Source: an uncultured Chloroflexia bacterium
Lineage (GTDB): Bacteria; Chloroflexota; Limnocylindria; Limnocylindrales; CSP1-4
NCBI GenBank assembly: GCA_963828165.1
Contig: CAWHDR010000001.1
Span: 2,720,001-2,784,000 of the forward strand
DNA: 64,000 nt
Direction: 5' to 3'
Shown here: positions 1-9,210 of the stretch, piece after piece
How positions within the stretch are numbered: position 1 is the first letter of the stretch
Layout of the letters: each line of letters opens with the position of its first letter
Notes under the pieces: generated by a model
What the model was told of the DNA's origin: nothing
The model's input: the letters and a program-made list of their open reading frames with translations, nothing else
Databases searched by the model: none
Made by a program: the position numbers and the translations under genes

Positions 1-596
1 TGCTGGCGACCGACGTCCGGAACTACCTGCTCGACCTGTTACCGGACAAGACCGCCCAGACCCTCGGGCCGGGCGACGGATTTGCCATCCAGCTCCGGAT
101 CTCGCTGATCATCGGGATCATCCTGGCGATGCCCGTGATCCTCTATCAGGTCTGGGCGTTCATCGCTCCGGGCCTGACCCCGGCAGAGCGCAAGACCGTC
201 AGGCCGTGGGTCCCGCTCGCCCTGGTCTTCTTCGCCATGGGTGTCGGGATCGCGTACCTCGTCCTGCCGTACGCGCTGTCGTTCCTGTTCAGCTTCAATG
301 ACGACCGACTGGTCGAGAACGTCGCCGCAGGACCCTTCTTCGATTTCGTGACCACGACCTTCCTGGCCTTCGGGCTGGTGATGGAGTTCCCGATCCTGCT
401 CGTGGGCCTCTCGCGGGTGGGCGTCGTCACGTCCGATCGCCTGCGCCAGGTTCGGCGATACGTGATCCTCGGGATCGCGATCTTCTCGGCGGTCGCCACG
501 CCCGGTGGCGACCTCGTCAGCCCGTTCGTCCTCGGCGGCACGATGTACCTGCTGTACGAGCTGACCGTCCTGTTCATCAAGCGCACGGGCCGGTGA
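1..596 (+). CDS. tatC: Twin-arginine translocase subunit TatC (5'-truncated by window edge)
   Basis: Frame open from nt 3; motifs YQVWAFIAPGL..ERK, FGLVMEFP, SAVATPGGD, LYEL. Confidence 0.95.
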   Translation, partial: LATDVRNYLLDLLPDKTAQTLGPGDGFAIQLRISLIIGIILAMPVILYQVWAFIAPGLTPAERKTVRPWVPLALVFFAMGVGIAYLVLPYALSFLFSFNDDRLVENVAAGPFFDFVTTTFLAFGLVMEFPILLVGLSRVGVVTSDRLRQVRRYVILGIAIFSAVATPGGDLVSPFVLGGTMYLLYELTVLFIKRTGR

Positions 597-1498
597 GCGA
601 GCCCGCCGAACACCCCCTCTCGGACGGTGCCGAGGATCAGGCGGTCGTGATCCTGTCGGGCCTGTCGGGCGGCGGGAAGACCGCCGCAGCGAAGCTGTTC
701 GAGGACCTCGGGTACACCGTGGTCGATAACCTCCCCGGCGAGCTCCTGCCGGACCTGGCGGAGCTGGTGTCGTCGGACCTGCGCCGGTTCGCCCGTGTGG
801 CGATCGTCGTCGACGTGCGGTCCGGGGACGCGTCGCTGGCGCTCTCGGCGATGCGCGGCGCCCTGGAGGGCCGAGGCATCGTGCCGCGTATCGTGTTCCT
901 CGAGGCCCGCGACGACGTGCTGATCCGGCGGTTCAGCGAGACGCGGCACCGCCATCCCCTGAGCGATCACCGAGGAATCGCGAGCTCCATCGCGGAGGAA
1001 CGCCGCATCCTCGATCCGGTCCGCTCGGAGGCCGACGTGATCGTCGATACGTCCGACCTGTCGTTGCGCCAGCTCCGCGAGCGGCTGTTCGCCCAGCTCG
1101 CGACGACGACGCGTCCCGACCAGCTCGCCGTGCAGCTGATCAGCTTCGGCTACAAGTTCGGGATCCCGCTCGAGTCCGACCTGGTCTTCGACGTCCGGTT
1201 CATCTCGAACCCGTATTACGTGCCGGACCTGCGACCTCGCTCCGGCTTGACCGACGAGGTCCGTTCCTACGTCCTCGATCAGCCGGTCACGAGCAAGTTC
1301 CTCGACCTCCTCCGGGACTTCCTGGAGTTCGCCATCCCTGCATATATCGCGGAGGGCAAGACGCGGCTCACGATCGGGATCGGCTGCACCGGGGGGTATC
1401 ACCGCAGCATCGTGCTCGCCGAGGAGCTCGCGGGCTGGCTCCGCGGGCAGGACACCGGCCCGGTGGCCGTCTTTCATCGAGAGCTGGATCGGTCGTGA
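593..1498 (+). CDS. rapZ: RNase adapter RapZ/YvcJ P-loop protein
   Basis: GLSGGGKT, VDNLP, RRFSETRHRHPL, SFGYKFG, GCTGGYHRS; rapZ-yvcK-whiA order. Confidence 0.95.
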   Translation: MSEPAEHPLSDGAEDQAVVILSGLSGGGKTAAAKLFEDLGYTVVDNLPGELLPDLAELVSSDLRRFARVAIVVDVRSGDASLALSAMRGALEGRGIVPRIVFLEARDDVLIRRFSETRHRHPLSDHRGIASSIAEERRILDPVRSEADVIVDTSDLSLRQLRERLFAQLATTTRPDQLAVQLISFGYKFGIPLESDLVFDVRFISNPYYVPDLRPRSGLTDEVRSYVLDQPVTSKFLDLLRDFLEFAIPAYIAEGKTRLTIGIGCTGGYHRSIVLAEELAGWLRGQDTGPVAVFHRELDRS

Positions 1499-2832
1499 AC
1501 CTGCGCCGCTGGTTGACGCCCGGGATCGGGGTCAAGCGCTGGCTGCTGGTCGTCTTCCTCGGCCTGCTCCTGCTGGCGCTCGCCTTCGCTCACCTGATCC
1601 GCCAGGTCGGACAGGGGCTGGAACCGGGCGGGCTGGCCGGGACATTCATCGATCTCGTGACCCTGCAATTCCTGCCGTACCCGTTGCGCGGCCTGATCGT
1701 CGGGTCGATCGGCGTCGGTCTGCTCGCCGTCGGTGGCTATCGGGCGATGCGGAGCATGACGGATCCCCTGCGTACGTCCGATGCCGACCAGCCGCTCGTC
1801 GAGGTCATCTACCAGAAGCGGTTCCTGGCCCGCGGACCGCGCATCGTGGCCATCGGTGGTGGGACCGGGCTGTCCACGCTCCTGCGCGGCCTCAAGGAGC
1901 ACACGAGCAACCTCACGGCAGTCGTGACCGTGGCCGACGACGGCGGGTCGTCCGGTGTCCTCCGTACGGAGCTCGGGATCCCGCCCGTCGGCGACATCCG
2001 CAACTGCATCGCCGCCCTGGCGGACGCGGAGCCGTTGATGAACGAGCTGCTCCAGTACCGATTCCCCGTTGCCGAAGCCGACGCCTCGGCCGTGGATGGA
2101 CCGGGTCTGGCCGGCCATGCGGTCGGCAACCTCCTGCTCGCGGCGATGACCGCGATCGAAGGCGGCGACTTCGAGGAGGGAGTCCGGCGAATCAACCGCA
2201 TCCTCGCGGTTCGCGGCCAGGTGGTCCCGGTGACGGCAACTCCGCTGACCCTCCACGCGCGCTGTCGCGACGGCTCGGTCGTGGATGGGCAATCGCACAT
2301 CATGCTGACGCCCGACATCGAGCGAGTCTGGCTCACGCCCGACGGCGTGGATGCGTCCGAGGATGCGCTGGCGGCGATCGTCGATGCCGAGCTGATCGTC
2401 CTTGGTCCCGGCAGCCTCTTCACGAGCCTGCTGCCGAGCCTGCTGTTGCCGTCGATCAGGGACGCGCTCCTGGCCGCGACCGCGCCGCGCCTGTACGTGT
2501 GCAACGTCGCGACCCAGGACGGCGAGACCGCCAATTTCGATCTCGCGGCGCACGTCGAGGCGCTCGTGGCCCACACCGCCCCCGGCCTCGTGGACATCGT
2601 GCTCGCCAACAACCGGTTCGACCCGCGCATCGCCACCGATGGGTCGGCCGAAAGCGTTCGCCTCCACTGGCCGCCGCCCGAGATGCAGCCGGTCCCACGC
2701 CTGATCCTGGACGACGTCGTGCATGCCGCCAACGCCCGACACCACGATCCTGCCCGCCTGGCCGCTGCCATCCTGCGTGCCCTGGAGGCGGAGACTGCGA
2801 CCCGCCGGCGGACCGTGGGACGGACGGCCTGA
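1495..2832 (+). CDS. yvcK: YvcK/GlmR gluconeogenesis factor family with N-terminal TM segments
   Basis: GGGTGL, VTVADDGGSSG, GHAVGNL, GPGSLFTS, RHHDP. Confidence 0.93.
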   Translation: MNLRRWLTPGIGVKRWLLVVFLGLLLLALAFAHLIRQVGQGLEPGGLAGTFIDLVTLQFLPYPLRGLIVGSIGVGLLAVGGYRAMRSMTDPLRTSDADQPLVEVIYQKRFLARGPRIVAIGGGTGLSTLLRGLKEHTSNLTAVVTVADDGGSSGVLRTELGIPPVGDIRNCIAALADAEPLMNELLQYRFPVAEADASAVDGPGLAGHAVGNLLLAAMTAIEGGDFEEGVRRINRILAVRGQVVPVTATPLTLHARCRDGSVVDGQSHIMLTPDIERVWLTPDGVDASEDALAAIVDAELIVLGPGSLFTSLLPSLLLPSIRDALLAATAPRLYVCNVATQDGETANFDLAAHVEALVAHTAPGLVDIVLANNRFDPRIATDGSAESVRLHWPPPEMQPVPRLILDDVVHAANARHHDPARLAAAILRALEAETATRRRTVGRTA

Positions 2833-3642
2833 GTGACCCGCTCGGAACGTGATCTCGTCACGGCGCTGCGGAACGAGCTGGCGGCGATCGACCCTGCCCG
2901 ATCGTGCGACAGGCTCGCGGAAGCCGCCGGTCTCGGCACGGAGGTCGGTGCCCGAGAACCGGCGGTGGCCCGTCTCGCCGTCCGGCTGCGCCGGGCGCGG
3001 GAGGAGGCCAACGCCGCGCCGTTCGATTGGTCCATCGCGGCGGAGCACTGCCGCACGGCGTGGCTGCGCGGCCGGTTCCTGGCCCGCGGTTCGCTGAGCC
3101 TGGCCGGCGGCCGAACCCACCTCGAGTTCGTCGTACCGCCTGACGACGCCCCGTTGCTCGCCGCGCGCCTCCGGGAGGCCGGGTTGCCGGCTTCGTGGCG
3201 GCTTCGGCGCGGTCGCGGGGTCGTGACCTGGAAGAGCAGCGAGGCGATCGGGACCTTCCTGCGCCGGATCGGCGCGGCCGGCGCCCTGCTCGAGCTCGAG
3301 GCCCGCCAGGTGTCCCGCGCCCTGCGCGGCGAGCTCAACCGCGTCCTCAACGCAGAGTCGGCCAACCTCCAGCGGGCCGTTGCAGCGGCCGGGCGCCAGC
3401 TCGACGCGATCGCCGTGCTCGACGCCGACGGGCGCATGCCGGAACAGCCGTACGTGGTGCGGCTCATCGCGGACGCGCGCCGCGAGACCCCGGAAGCAAC
3501 GCTCACGGAGCTCGCGGAACGCCTCGAGCTTCACAGATCGGCCGTCCAGCGCGCCCTCGAGCGGATCGAGCGACTCGCCGAGGCGGAACCCGCGCCGCCG
3601 TCCGGACGCGGTGGCGATGGCATGATCCGTGCCCATGCGTGA
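2833..3642 (+). CDS. whiA: DNA-binding protein WhiA
   Basis: AWLRGRFLARGS..HLEF, NRVLNAESANL, C-terminal HTH (PEATLTELA..RSAV); operon position. Confidence 0.9.
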   Translation: MTRSERDLVTALRNELAAIDPARSCDRLAEAAGLGTEVGAREPAVARLAVRLRRAREEANAAPFDWSIAAEHCRTAWLRGRFLARGSLSLAGGRTHLEFVVPPDDAPLLAARLREAGLPASWRLRRGRGVVTWKSSEAIGTFLRRIGAAGALLELEARQVSRALRGELNRVLNAESANLQRAVAAAGRQLDAIAVLDADGRMPEQPYVVRLIADARRETPEATLTELAERLELHRSAVQRALERIERLAEAEPAPPSGRGGDGMIRAHA

Positions 3643-4426
3643 GGTCGTGGTCGCCGCCAACTGGAAGATGCATACGACCCCGGCAGATGCGGGTGACCTT
3701 GCCCGGACGATCGCCGCGCGGACGCGCGAGGCCGGCGTGACGCGGGTCATCTGCCCGCCCTACCTCTGCCTTGCTGCAGTCGGGACCGCCCTCGCAGAGG
3801 CGGACCCGGACGTCGCGGTAGGGGCGCAGAACGTCCACCACGAGCTGGCGGGGGCCTACACCGGCGAGGTCTCCGCCCCGATGCTCGCCGGCCTGGCGAC
3901 GTGGGTGATCGTCGGCCACTCGGAGCGGCGACGGGATGCCGGAGAGACGGACGAGCAGATCGGTCGCAAGCTCGATCGGGCCGTCGATGCGGGCCTCCGG
4001 CCGATCCTGTGCGTCGGCGAGCAGCTCGGCGAGCGAGAGGCCGGGCTCGCCACGGACGTCGTCGACCGTCAACTGCGCGGCGCCCTTGCCGGTCGCGACC
4101 TCGCGGAGACGAGCGCCGCCGGCCTCGTGGTCGCCTACGAGCCGGTCTGGGCGATCGGCACCGGCCGCAACGCGACCGGTGCGGACGCCGCCGCGATGTC
4201 CGACACGATCAGGGCCAGCCTCGGGGCGCTGGGCTGGGGCGACTTCGCCGCCGCCCTCCCCGTCCTGTACGGCGGCAGCGTCACGTCGACGAACATCGAC
4301 ACGTTCCTCGCCGAGCCGTCCATCGACGGAGCGCTCGTCGGTGGCGCGTCGCTCAAGCCGGACGAGATGGCGGGGATCGTCGCACGAGCCGGCATGACGG
4401 CCCGGGCCCGCGGCCTGGCCGGCTGA
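3635..4426 (+). CDS. tpiA: Triosephosphate isomerase
   Basis: NWKM, GAYTGEVS, GHSERR, AYEPVWAIGTG, YGGSV, GALVGGASL; ATG 3635 preferred over GTG 3629. Confidence 0.97.
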   Translation: MREVVVAANWKMHTTPADAGDLARTIAARTREAGVTRVICPPYLCLAAVGTALAEADPDVAVGAQNVHHELAGAYTGEVSAPMLAGLATWVIVGHSERRRDAGETDEQIGRKLDRAVDAGLRPILCVGEQLGEREAGLATDVVDRQLRGALAGRDLAETSAAGLVVAYEPVWAIGTGRNATGADAAAMSDTIRASLGALGWGDFAAALPVLYGGSVTSTNIDTFLAEPSIDGALVGGASLKPDEMAGIVARAGMTARARGLAG

Positions 4427-4433
4427 CCGGCCC

Positions 4434-6056
4434 GTGACGGACACCGCCCGCCGGGCCGGGACGCGGCCCCGACCGATCGTGCTCGTCGTACTCGACGGGT
4501 TCGGGATCGGCGACGGCGGTCCGGGCGATGCGATCGCGGCGGCACCCATGCCGACGTGGCGAGGGCTGCTCGCCACGTGGCCCCATAGCGTGCTGCGCGC
4601 GTCGGAGGACGCGGTGGGGCTCCCGCCGGGCCAGATGGGCAACTCGGAGGTCGGACACCTGAATCTTGGGGCCGGCCGGCCCGTGCTCCAGGACCTGCCG
4701 CGGATCGACGCGGCGATCGAAGATGGTTCGTTCTTCACGAGGCCGGCGCTGCTCGCTGCGTGCGAACGGGGGCGCGCCGACGGCGTCCTTGACATCGTGA
4801 GCCTCATCGGCCCCGGCGGCGTGCACGCCAACGACCGGCACCTCGTCGCGCTCGTGCAGCTGGCCGCGCGCGAGGGCGTTCCCCGGGTGCGCATCCACGC
4901 GCTGCTCGACGGTCGAGATACACCTCCGTCGTCGGCGGGCGGCTACGTGCTCGACCTCGAGTCCCGGCTGCGTGCCGCCCACTCGGGCGCCGCGATCGCC
5001 ACCGTCGGCGGGCGCTACTTCGCCATGGACCGCGACCGCCGCTGGGAGCGGGTCGAGTCGGGCTATGACGCCATCGTCCACGCCGAGGCGGCGCACCACG
5101 CGGTGTCGGCGTCGGCCGCCATCGATGCCGCCTACGCCCGCGGCGAGACCGACGAATTCGCCCGTCCGACGCTGATCGATGGCATCGCCGCGCCGCTCCC
5201 ACCCGGGCACCCGATCGTGATCGCCAACTTCCGCGCTGACCGGGCCCGTCAGCTGACCCACGCGCTGGTCGACGGGCCGGACTTCATGGGCTTCGACCGC
5301 ACGTCACCCGCGGGCCAGCCGGCGCCGGTCGACCTGCTCGTCGTGACGATGACCGAGTACGAGGAGGGGCTCTCGGCGCTCGTCGCCTTTCCGCCCGAGA
5401 CCGCCCGATCCCTCGCCCAGGCGATGAGCGAGGCCGGCTGGCACCAGTTCCACGTGGCGGAGACCGAGAAGTACGCGCACGTCACGTATTTCTTCAACGG
5501 CGGCGTCGAAACGCCCTGGCCGGGCGAGGACCGGCGGCTGATCCCGAGCCTCAAGGTAGCGACGTACGACCTGGCGCCCGCCATGTCCGCCGTCGGTATC
5601 ACCGACGCGCTCGTGGACGCCATCGATTCGAACGGGTACGACTTCATCGTGGCCAACTACGCGAACCCGGACATGGTCGGCCACACCGGAGTCTGGGATG
5701 CGACCATCGAAGGCCTGGCCGTCGTCGATGCGTCGCTGGCTCGAGTTGTCGAAGCGATCGAGCGGACGGAGCGGGCCGACCCGAGCGAGCCCGGCGGGTA
5801 CGCCGGCCCCGGAGCGATCCTGGCCGTCACGGCCGACCACGGCAATGCCGACGACCTGCGTGACGCCGATGGCCGACCCGTCACGGCCCACTCCCTGAAC
5901 CCGGTGCCCTTCCTGCTGATGGGCCGCCCGGTCGTCGGTCGGAGGCTCGTCGACGGGGTCCTCGCGGACGTCGCGCCGACGCTCCTCGAGCTCGCCGACC
6001 TCCCGACGTGGCCCGCCATCACCGGGCACTCGCTGCTGGCGCCCGACGGGAACTGA
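4434..6056 (+). CDS. gpmI: 2,3-BPG-independent phosphoglycerate mutase
   Basis: LDGFG, GQMGNSEVGH, DGRDTPP, GRYFAMDRD, AETEKYAHVT, NPDMVGHTG, TADHGNA. Confidence 0.97.
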   Translation: MTDTARRAGTRPRPIVLVVLDGFGIGDGGPGDAIAAAPMPTWRGLLATWPHSVLRASEDAVGLPPGQMGNSEVGHLNLGAGRPVLQDLPRIDAAIEDGSFFTRPALLAACERGRADGVLDIVSLIGPGGVHANDRHLVALVQLAAREGVPRVRIHALLDGRDTPPSSAGGYVLDLESRLRAAHSGAAIATVGGRYFAMDRDRRWERVESGYDAIVHAEAAHHAVSASAAIDAAYARGETDEFARPTLIDGIAAPLPPGHPIVIANFRADRARQLTHALVDGPDFMGFDRTSPAGQPAPVDLLVVTMTEYEEGLSALVAFPPETARSLAQAMSEAGWHQFHVAETEKYAHVTYFFNGGVETPWPGEDRRLIPSLKVATYDLAPAMSAVGITDALVDAIDSNGYDFIVANYANPDMVGHTGVWDATIEGLAVVDASLARVVEAIERTERADPSEPGGYAGPGAILAVTADHGNADDLRDADGRPVTAHSLNPVPFLLMGRPVVGRRLVDGVLADVAPTLLELADLPTWPAITGHSLLAPDGN

Positions 6057-6105
6057 GGCCTCCTGTGATAGCATCGGCCGCCGTACGAACGGAGGTCAAC
6101 GACTC

Positions 6106-6339
6106 GTGAATCCAATCCTGGCCCTCGGCCAGATCATCGTCAGCATCGCCCTGATCGCGGCGATCCTGCTGCAGGCGCGTGGCACCGGCCTGTCCGGTAC
6201 CTTCGGTGGCGATTCCGCCGTGTACCGGAGCCGCCGTGGCGTCGAGCGACGACTGTGGCAGTTCACGATCGTCCTGTTGGTCCTGTTCGTCACCTTCTCG
6301 CTGGCGTCGTACATCCTCGCGCCCAGCACGACCGCCTGA
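6106..6339 (+). CDS. secG: Preprotein translocase subunit SecG
   Basis: ILLQARGTGLSGTFGG..RRGVE, two TM helices, GGAGG upstream. Confidence 0.93.
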   Translation: MNPILALGQIIVSIALIAAILLQARGTGLSGTFGGDSAVYRSRRGVERRLWQFTIVLLVLFVTFSLASYILAPSTTA

Positions 6340-6384
6340 CGGCAGCGCCGCGGGCGATTCGCGGCACTCCCCGCACGGAGCGAC

Positions 6385-8137
6385 ATGACCCGAACCGATA
6401 CGTTCGTGGTCGGAACCCTCGTCCTGGTGCTCGCGCTTGTCGCGGCCCTCATCGGCGTCCCGGCCCTTCAGCTGTCCGCCTCGACCTCACCGCTCGCGTC
6501 CGCGCCGGGCGGCAGCGGTCCGGCGCCCGTGACGCGGCCTTACATCGAGGGTGCGCTGGGCGCGCCCGTGTCGGTCACGCCGCTCACCGCGCGGACCCAG
6601 GTCGACCGCGACCTGGTGGCACTGCTGTTCTCCGGCCTGGTGCGCAACGGTCCGGACGGCACACTCGTGCCCGACCTCGCCGAGCGTTGGTCGGTGGACA
6701 CGAGCGGCAAGACCTGGACGGTTGACCTGCGCGACGACGCGCGCTGGCATGACGGCCAGCCGGTCACGAGCGACGACGTGCTGTTCACGATCGAGACGCT
6801 CAAGGATCCGTCGTATGCCGGTCCCTCGTCGACCTCGTGGAGCGAGGTCACGGTCACTGCCAGCGGACCGCACCGCGTGGTCTTCACGCTGCGAGACGCC
6901 CCTTGGTGGCTTCCTGCAGGCCCTCACCCAGCCGCTCGCTCCGGCGCACCTCCTGGGAGACGTGCCGGTCGATGCCCTGGCCGATGACCCGTTCGGCCAG
7001 CAGCCACTGGGCTCCGGGCCGTTCGCCCTGGTCGAGCTGACCGATGACTCAGCTTCGCTCGTGCCGGCAGGCGACTTCGCCCCCGTGGAGGAGGACCCAT
7101 CGGCCATCCCCTCGTCGCCCGCGCCCCCCGATTCCCTGGGCACCCCCGTCCCGACCGATCGCCCGTCGCGCCCCCAGCCGTACCTGGCGGGCATCGAGTT
7201 CCGGTTCTACGACGACAGCGCCGAGCTGGCGGCCGACTTCCGAAGCGGCGTCGTGGATGGGGCGTCGGGGATCACCCGCCAGGAGGCGGCCGGGCTTGGC
7301 TCCGCGGCGGGTACGCGCCTGCTGCGCTACCCGGGCGCCACGCTCACCACGGTCCTGCTGAATCTCCGGCCCACACACCCGGAGTTCGCGTCGCCCGCGG
7401 TCCGGACAGCCCTCCTGCAGGCGATCGACCGCGTCCGGCTCATCGACGAGGCGTACGCGATGTCCGCGGCGAGTGCCACCAGTCCGATCCCGCCGTCGTC
7501 GCCGATGTTCGACGCGGCGGCCGATCCGGTCGTGCCCTACGACCGGTTCGGGGCGAGTCGAGCCCTGACCAAGGCGGGATGGGAGCACAAGGACGACGGC
7601 TGGTACCTGCCCGACGCGAAGCAGCCCATCAAGCTCGAGGTCGTGAGTCCGACGCAGGGCACCAATCCGGGCCTCTTCGCCGCAGCGGAGGCGGTGGTCC
7701 GCGACTGGACGGCCCTCGGGTTCAAGGTGACCCACGTACCGCTGCCGCCCGCGGAGTTCGTGACTGACCGGCTCGCGACCGGGACGTTCCAGGCCGCGGT
7801 GGTCGATGTCACGGTGGGCCTGGACCCTGACCTCTATCCGCTCCTCGCGTCGAGCCAGACGCTGACGGGCGGATCGAACGTCATGGGTGTCCAGGATCCG
7901 GAGCTCGACGCGTTGCTGGTCAAGGCGCGCGCGCCGGGCACCGAGGCGGCGCGAACGGCCGCCTACAGCGAGCTGCAGAAGCAGCTGGCGAAGGGTCGAT
8001 ACGTGCTCCCGCTGGCCTTCGCGGACGAGGTCGTGGTGGCCCACGACGCGCTCGAAGGACCCGTTCTGCGGCAAGCTTCGGACCCCTCGGATCGATTTTG
8101 GGATGTGCTAACATGGCGCCTCGCCGTCGACCGGTAG
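6385..8137 (+). CDS. Family-5 (peptide/nickel) ABC substrate-binding protein with N-terminal TM anchor; one extra base near 6891 splits it into two ORFs
   Basis: LFSGLV..PDLAERW..WHDGQPVTSDDVLFT in 6385 frame continues as ETPLGGFL..GSGPF..VRTALLQAIDR in 6551 frame. Confidence 0.88.
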
Positions 8138-8156
8138 CGGTCAATAGCGGGTCCGT

Positions 8157-8242
8157 GCCGAGGTGGCGGAATGGCAGACGCGCTGGTTTCAGGTACCAGT
8201 GGCCGCAAGGTCGTGTGGGTTCGAGTCCCTCCCTCGGTACCA
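8157..8242 (+). tRNA. tRNA-Leu(CAG)
   Basis: GCCGAGG acceptor, CTGGT-TT-CAG-GT-ACCAG anticodon arm, long variable arm, GGTTCGAGTCC, CCA end. Confidence 0.95.
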
Positions 8243-8275
8243 TTCCCCTCGGACCGCTGAACGGCGAACACCTGG

Positions 8276-8360
8276 GCCCAGGTGGCGGAATTGGTATACG
8301 CGTACGTTTGAGGGGCGTATGAGGCAACTCATCCGGGTTCAAGTCCCGGCCTGGGCACCA
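8276..8360 (+). tRNA. tRNA-Leu(GAG)
   Basis: GCCCAGG/CCTGGGC acceptor, TACGT-TT-GAG-GG-GCGTA, variable arm, GGTTCAAGTCC, CCA. Confidence 0.95.
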
Positions 8361-8373
8361 TCTCGCACGCTCT

Positions 8374-8401
8374 GACGACCGCCGACCGGGCGGTCGTTTC
8401 T
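8374..8401 (+). terminator. Intrinsic terminator-like hairpin after the tRNA-Leu pair
   Basis: ACGACCGCC-gaccg-GGCGGTCGT followed by TTCT. Confidence 0.6.
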
Positions 8402-8449
8402 CATGTCCGCGGCCGACCCTCGCGCACGGCGTTGTAGGCTGCACGTCCC

Positions 8450-8523
8450 GGGCGGTTAGCTCAGTTGGTCAGAGCGCCTCGTTTACACCGAGGAAGTCGG
8501 GGGTTCGAGTCCCTCACCGCCCA
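8450..8523 (+). tRNA. tRNA-Val(TAC), CCA not encoded
   Basis: GGGCGGT/ACCGCCC acceptor, CCTCG-TT-TAC-AC-CGAGG, GGTTCGAGTCC. Confidence 0.95.
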
Positions 8524-8718
8524 CACCCTCCGGGCACGGAGGCTGGCCGAGGGGTCGGCATCAAGTGGTGCCCACGGGCAACGTAGACCCTCCGGACTGG
8601 CCCCAAAGTACTGGACACCCCCGTACCCCACCGGGACAATGTGCACCTGTTCGTGGGCAGTTCTGAACCGGATGCGTCCATGTGTCCGGTCGTGCACAGA
8701 TCTGGAGGGGAATGGTTC

Positions 8719-9135
8719 ATGAAGGTTCTTCGAGCATCGCTGGTCATTTCGGCGCTACTCGTCGGCATCCTGGCGCAGCCCGTGAGCGCGGCGCACTGGT
8801 CGTCGGTCACGGCAGTGAGCGGCAACCCGTCATGCGCGGGCGGCACGAAGATCGACCCCGTCGCCGACGGCACCTATGCGGTCAGCTTCGGCGGCTTCGC
8901 AGGCAGCATCACGATCGATGCAAGCTCGAGTTCGAGCGGCCCGGTCTTCTCATTCGACACCGACAACGATTCACATGTCGTGACGTCCGTCATGGTCAAG
9001 GGCGGCCGGAATGCGCTCCTGTACACCTACTCGCCTGGCACCCCGAACGACAGCGGATTGCATTCCCCGGTCAACCCGAACAATGGGAAGTACTACGGCC
9101 TGAGTCACCTGTGCTTCTTCACCGCGAAGAAGTAG
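8719..9135 (+). CDS. Small secreted hypothetical protein (138 aa)
   Basis: GGAGGGG upstream of ATG 8719; signal peptide MKVLRASLVISALLVGILAQPVSA; two Cys; terminator follows. Confidence 0.8.
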   Translation: MKVLRASLVISALLVGILAQPVSAAHWSSVTAVSGNPSCAGGTKIDPVADGTYAVSFGGFAGSITIDASSSSSGPVFSFDTDNDSHVVTSVMVKGGRNALLYTYSPGTPNDSGLHSPVNPNNGKYYGLSHLCFFTAKK

Positions 9136-9154
9136 CCTGACCGCCAGTACACTC

Positions 9155-9184
9155 AAACGCCCCCGGCAGTCGCCGGGGGCGTTT
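9155..9184. terminator. Intrinsic terminator hairpin (possibly bidirectional)
   Basis: AAACGCCCCCGGC-agtc-GCCGGGGGCGTTT, perfect 13-bp stem. Confidence 0.85.
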
Positions 9185-9210
9185 CCCTTGCCCCGCACAG
9201 GTCCGGATCG

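Noticed and set aside
8157-8523. tRNA oddities: U-U mismatch in the Leu(CAG) T-stem, and Val(TAC) without encoded CCA
   Set aside because: Both fall within normal bacterial tRNA variation.
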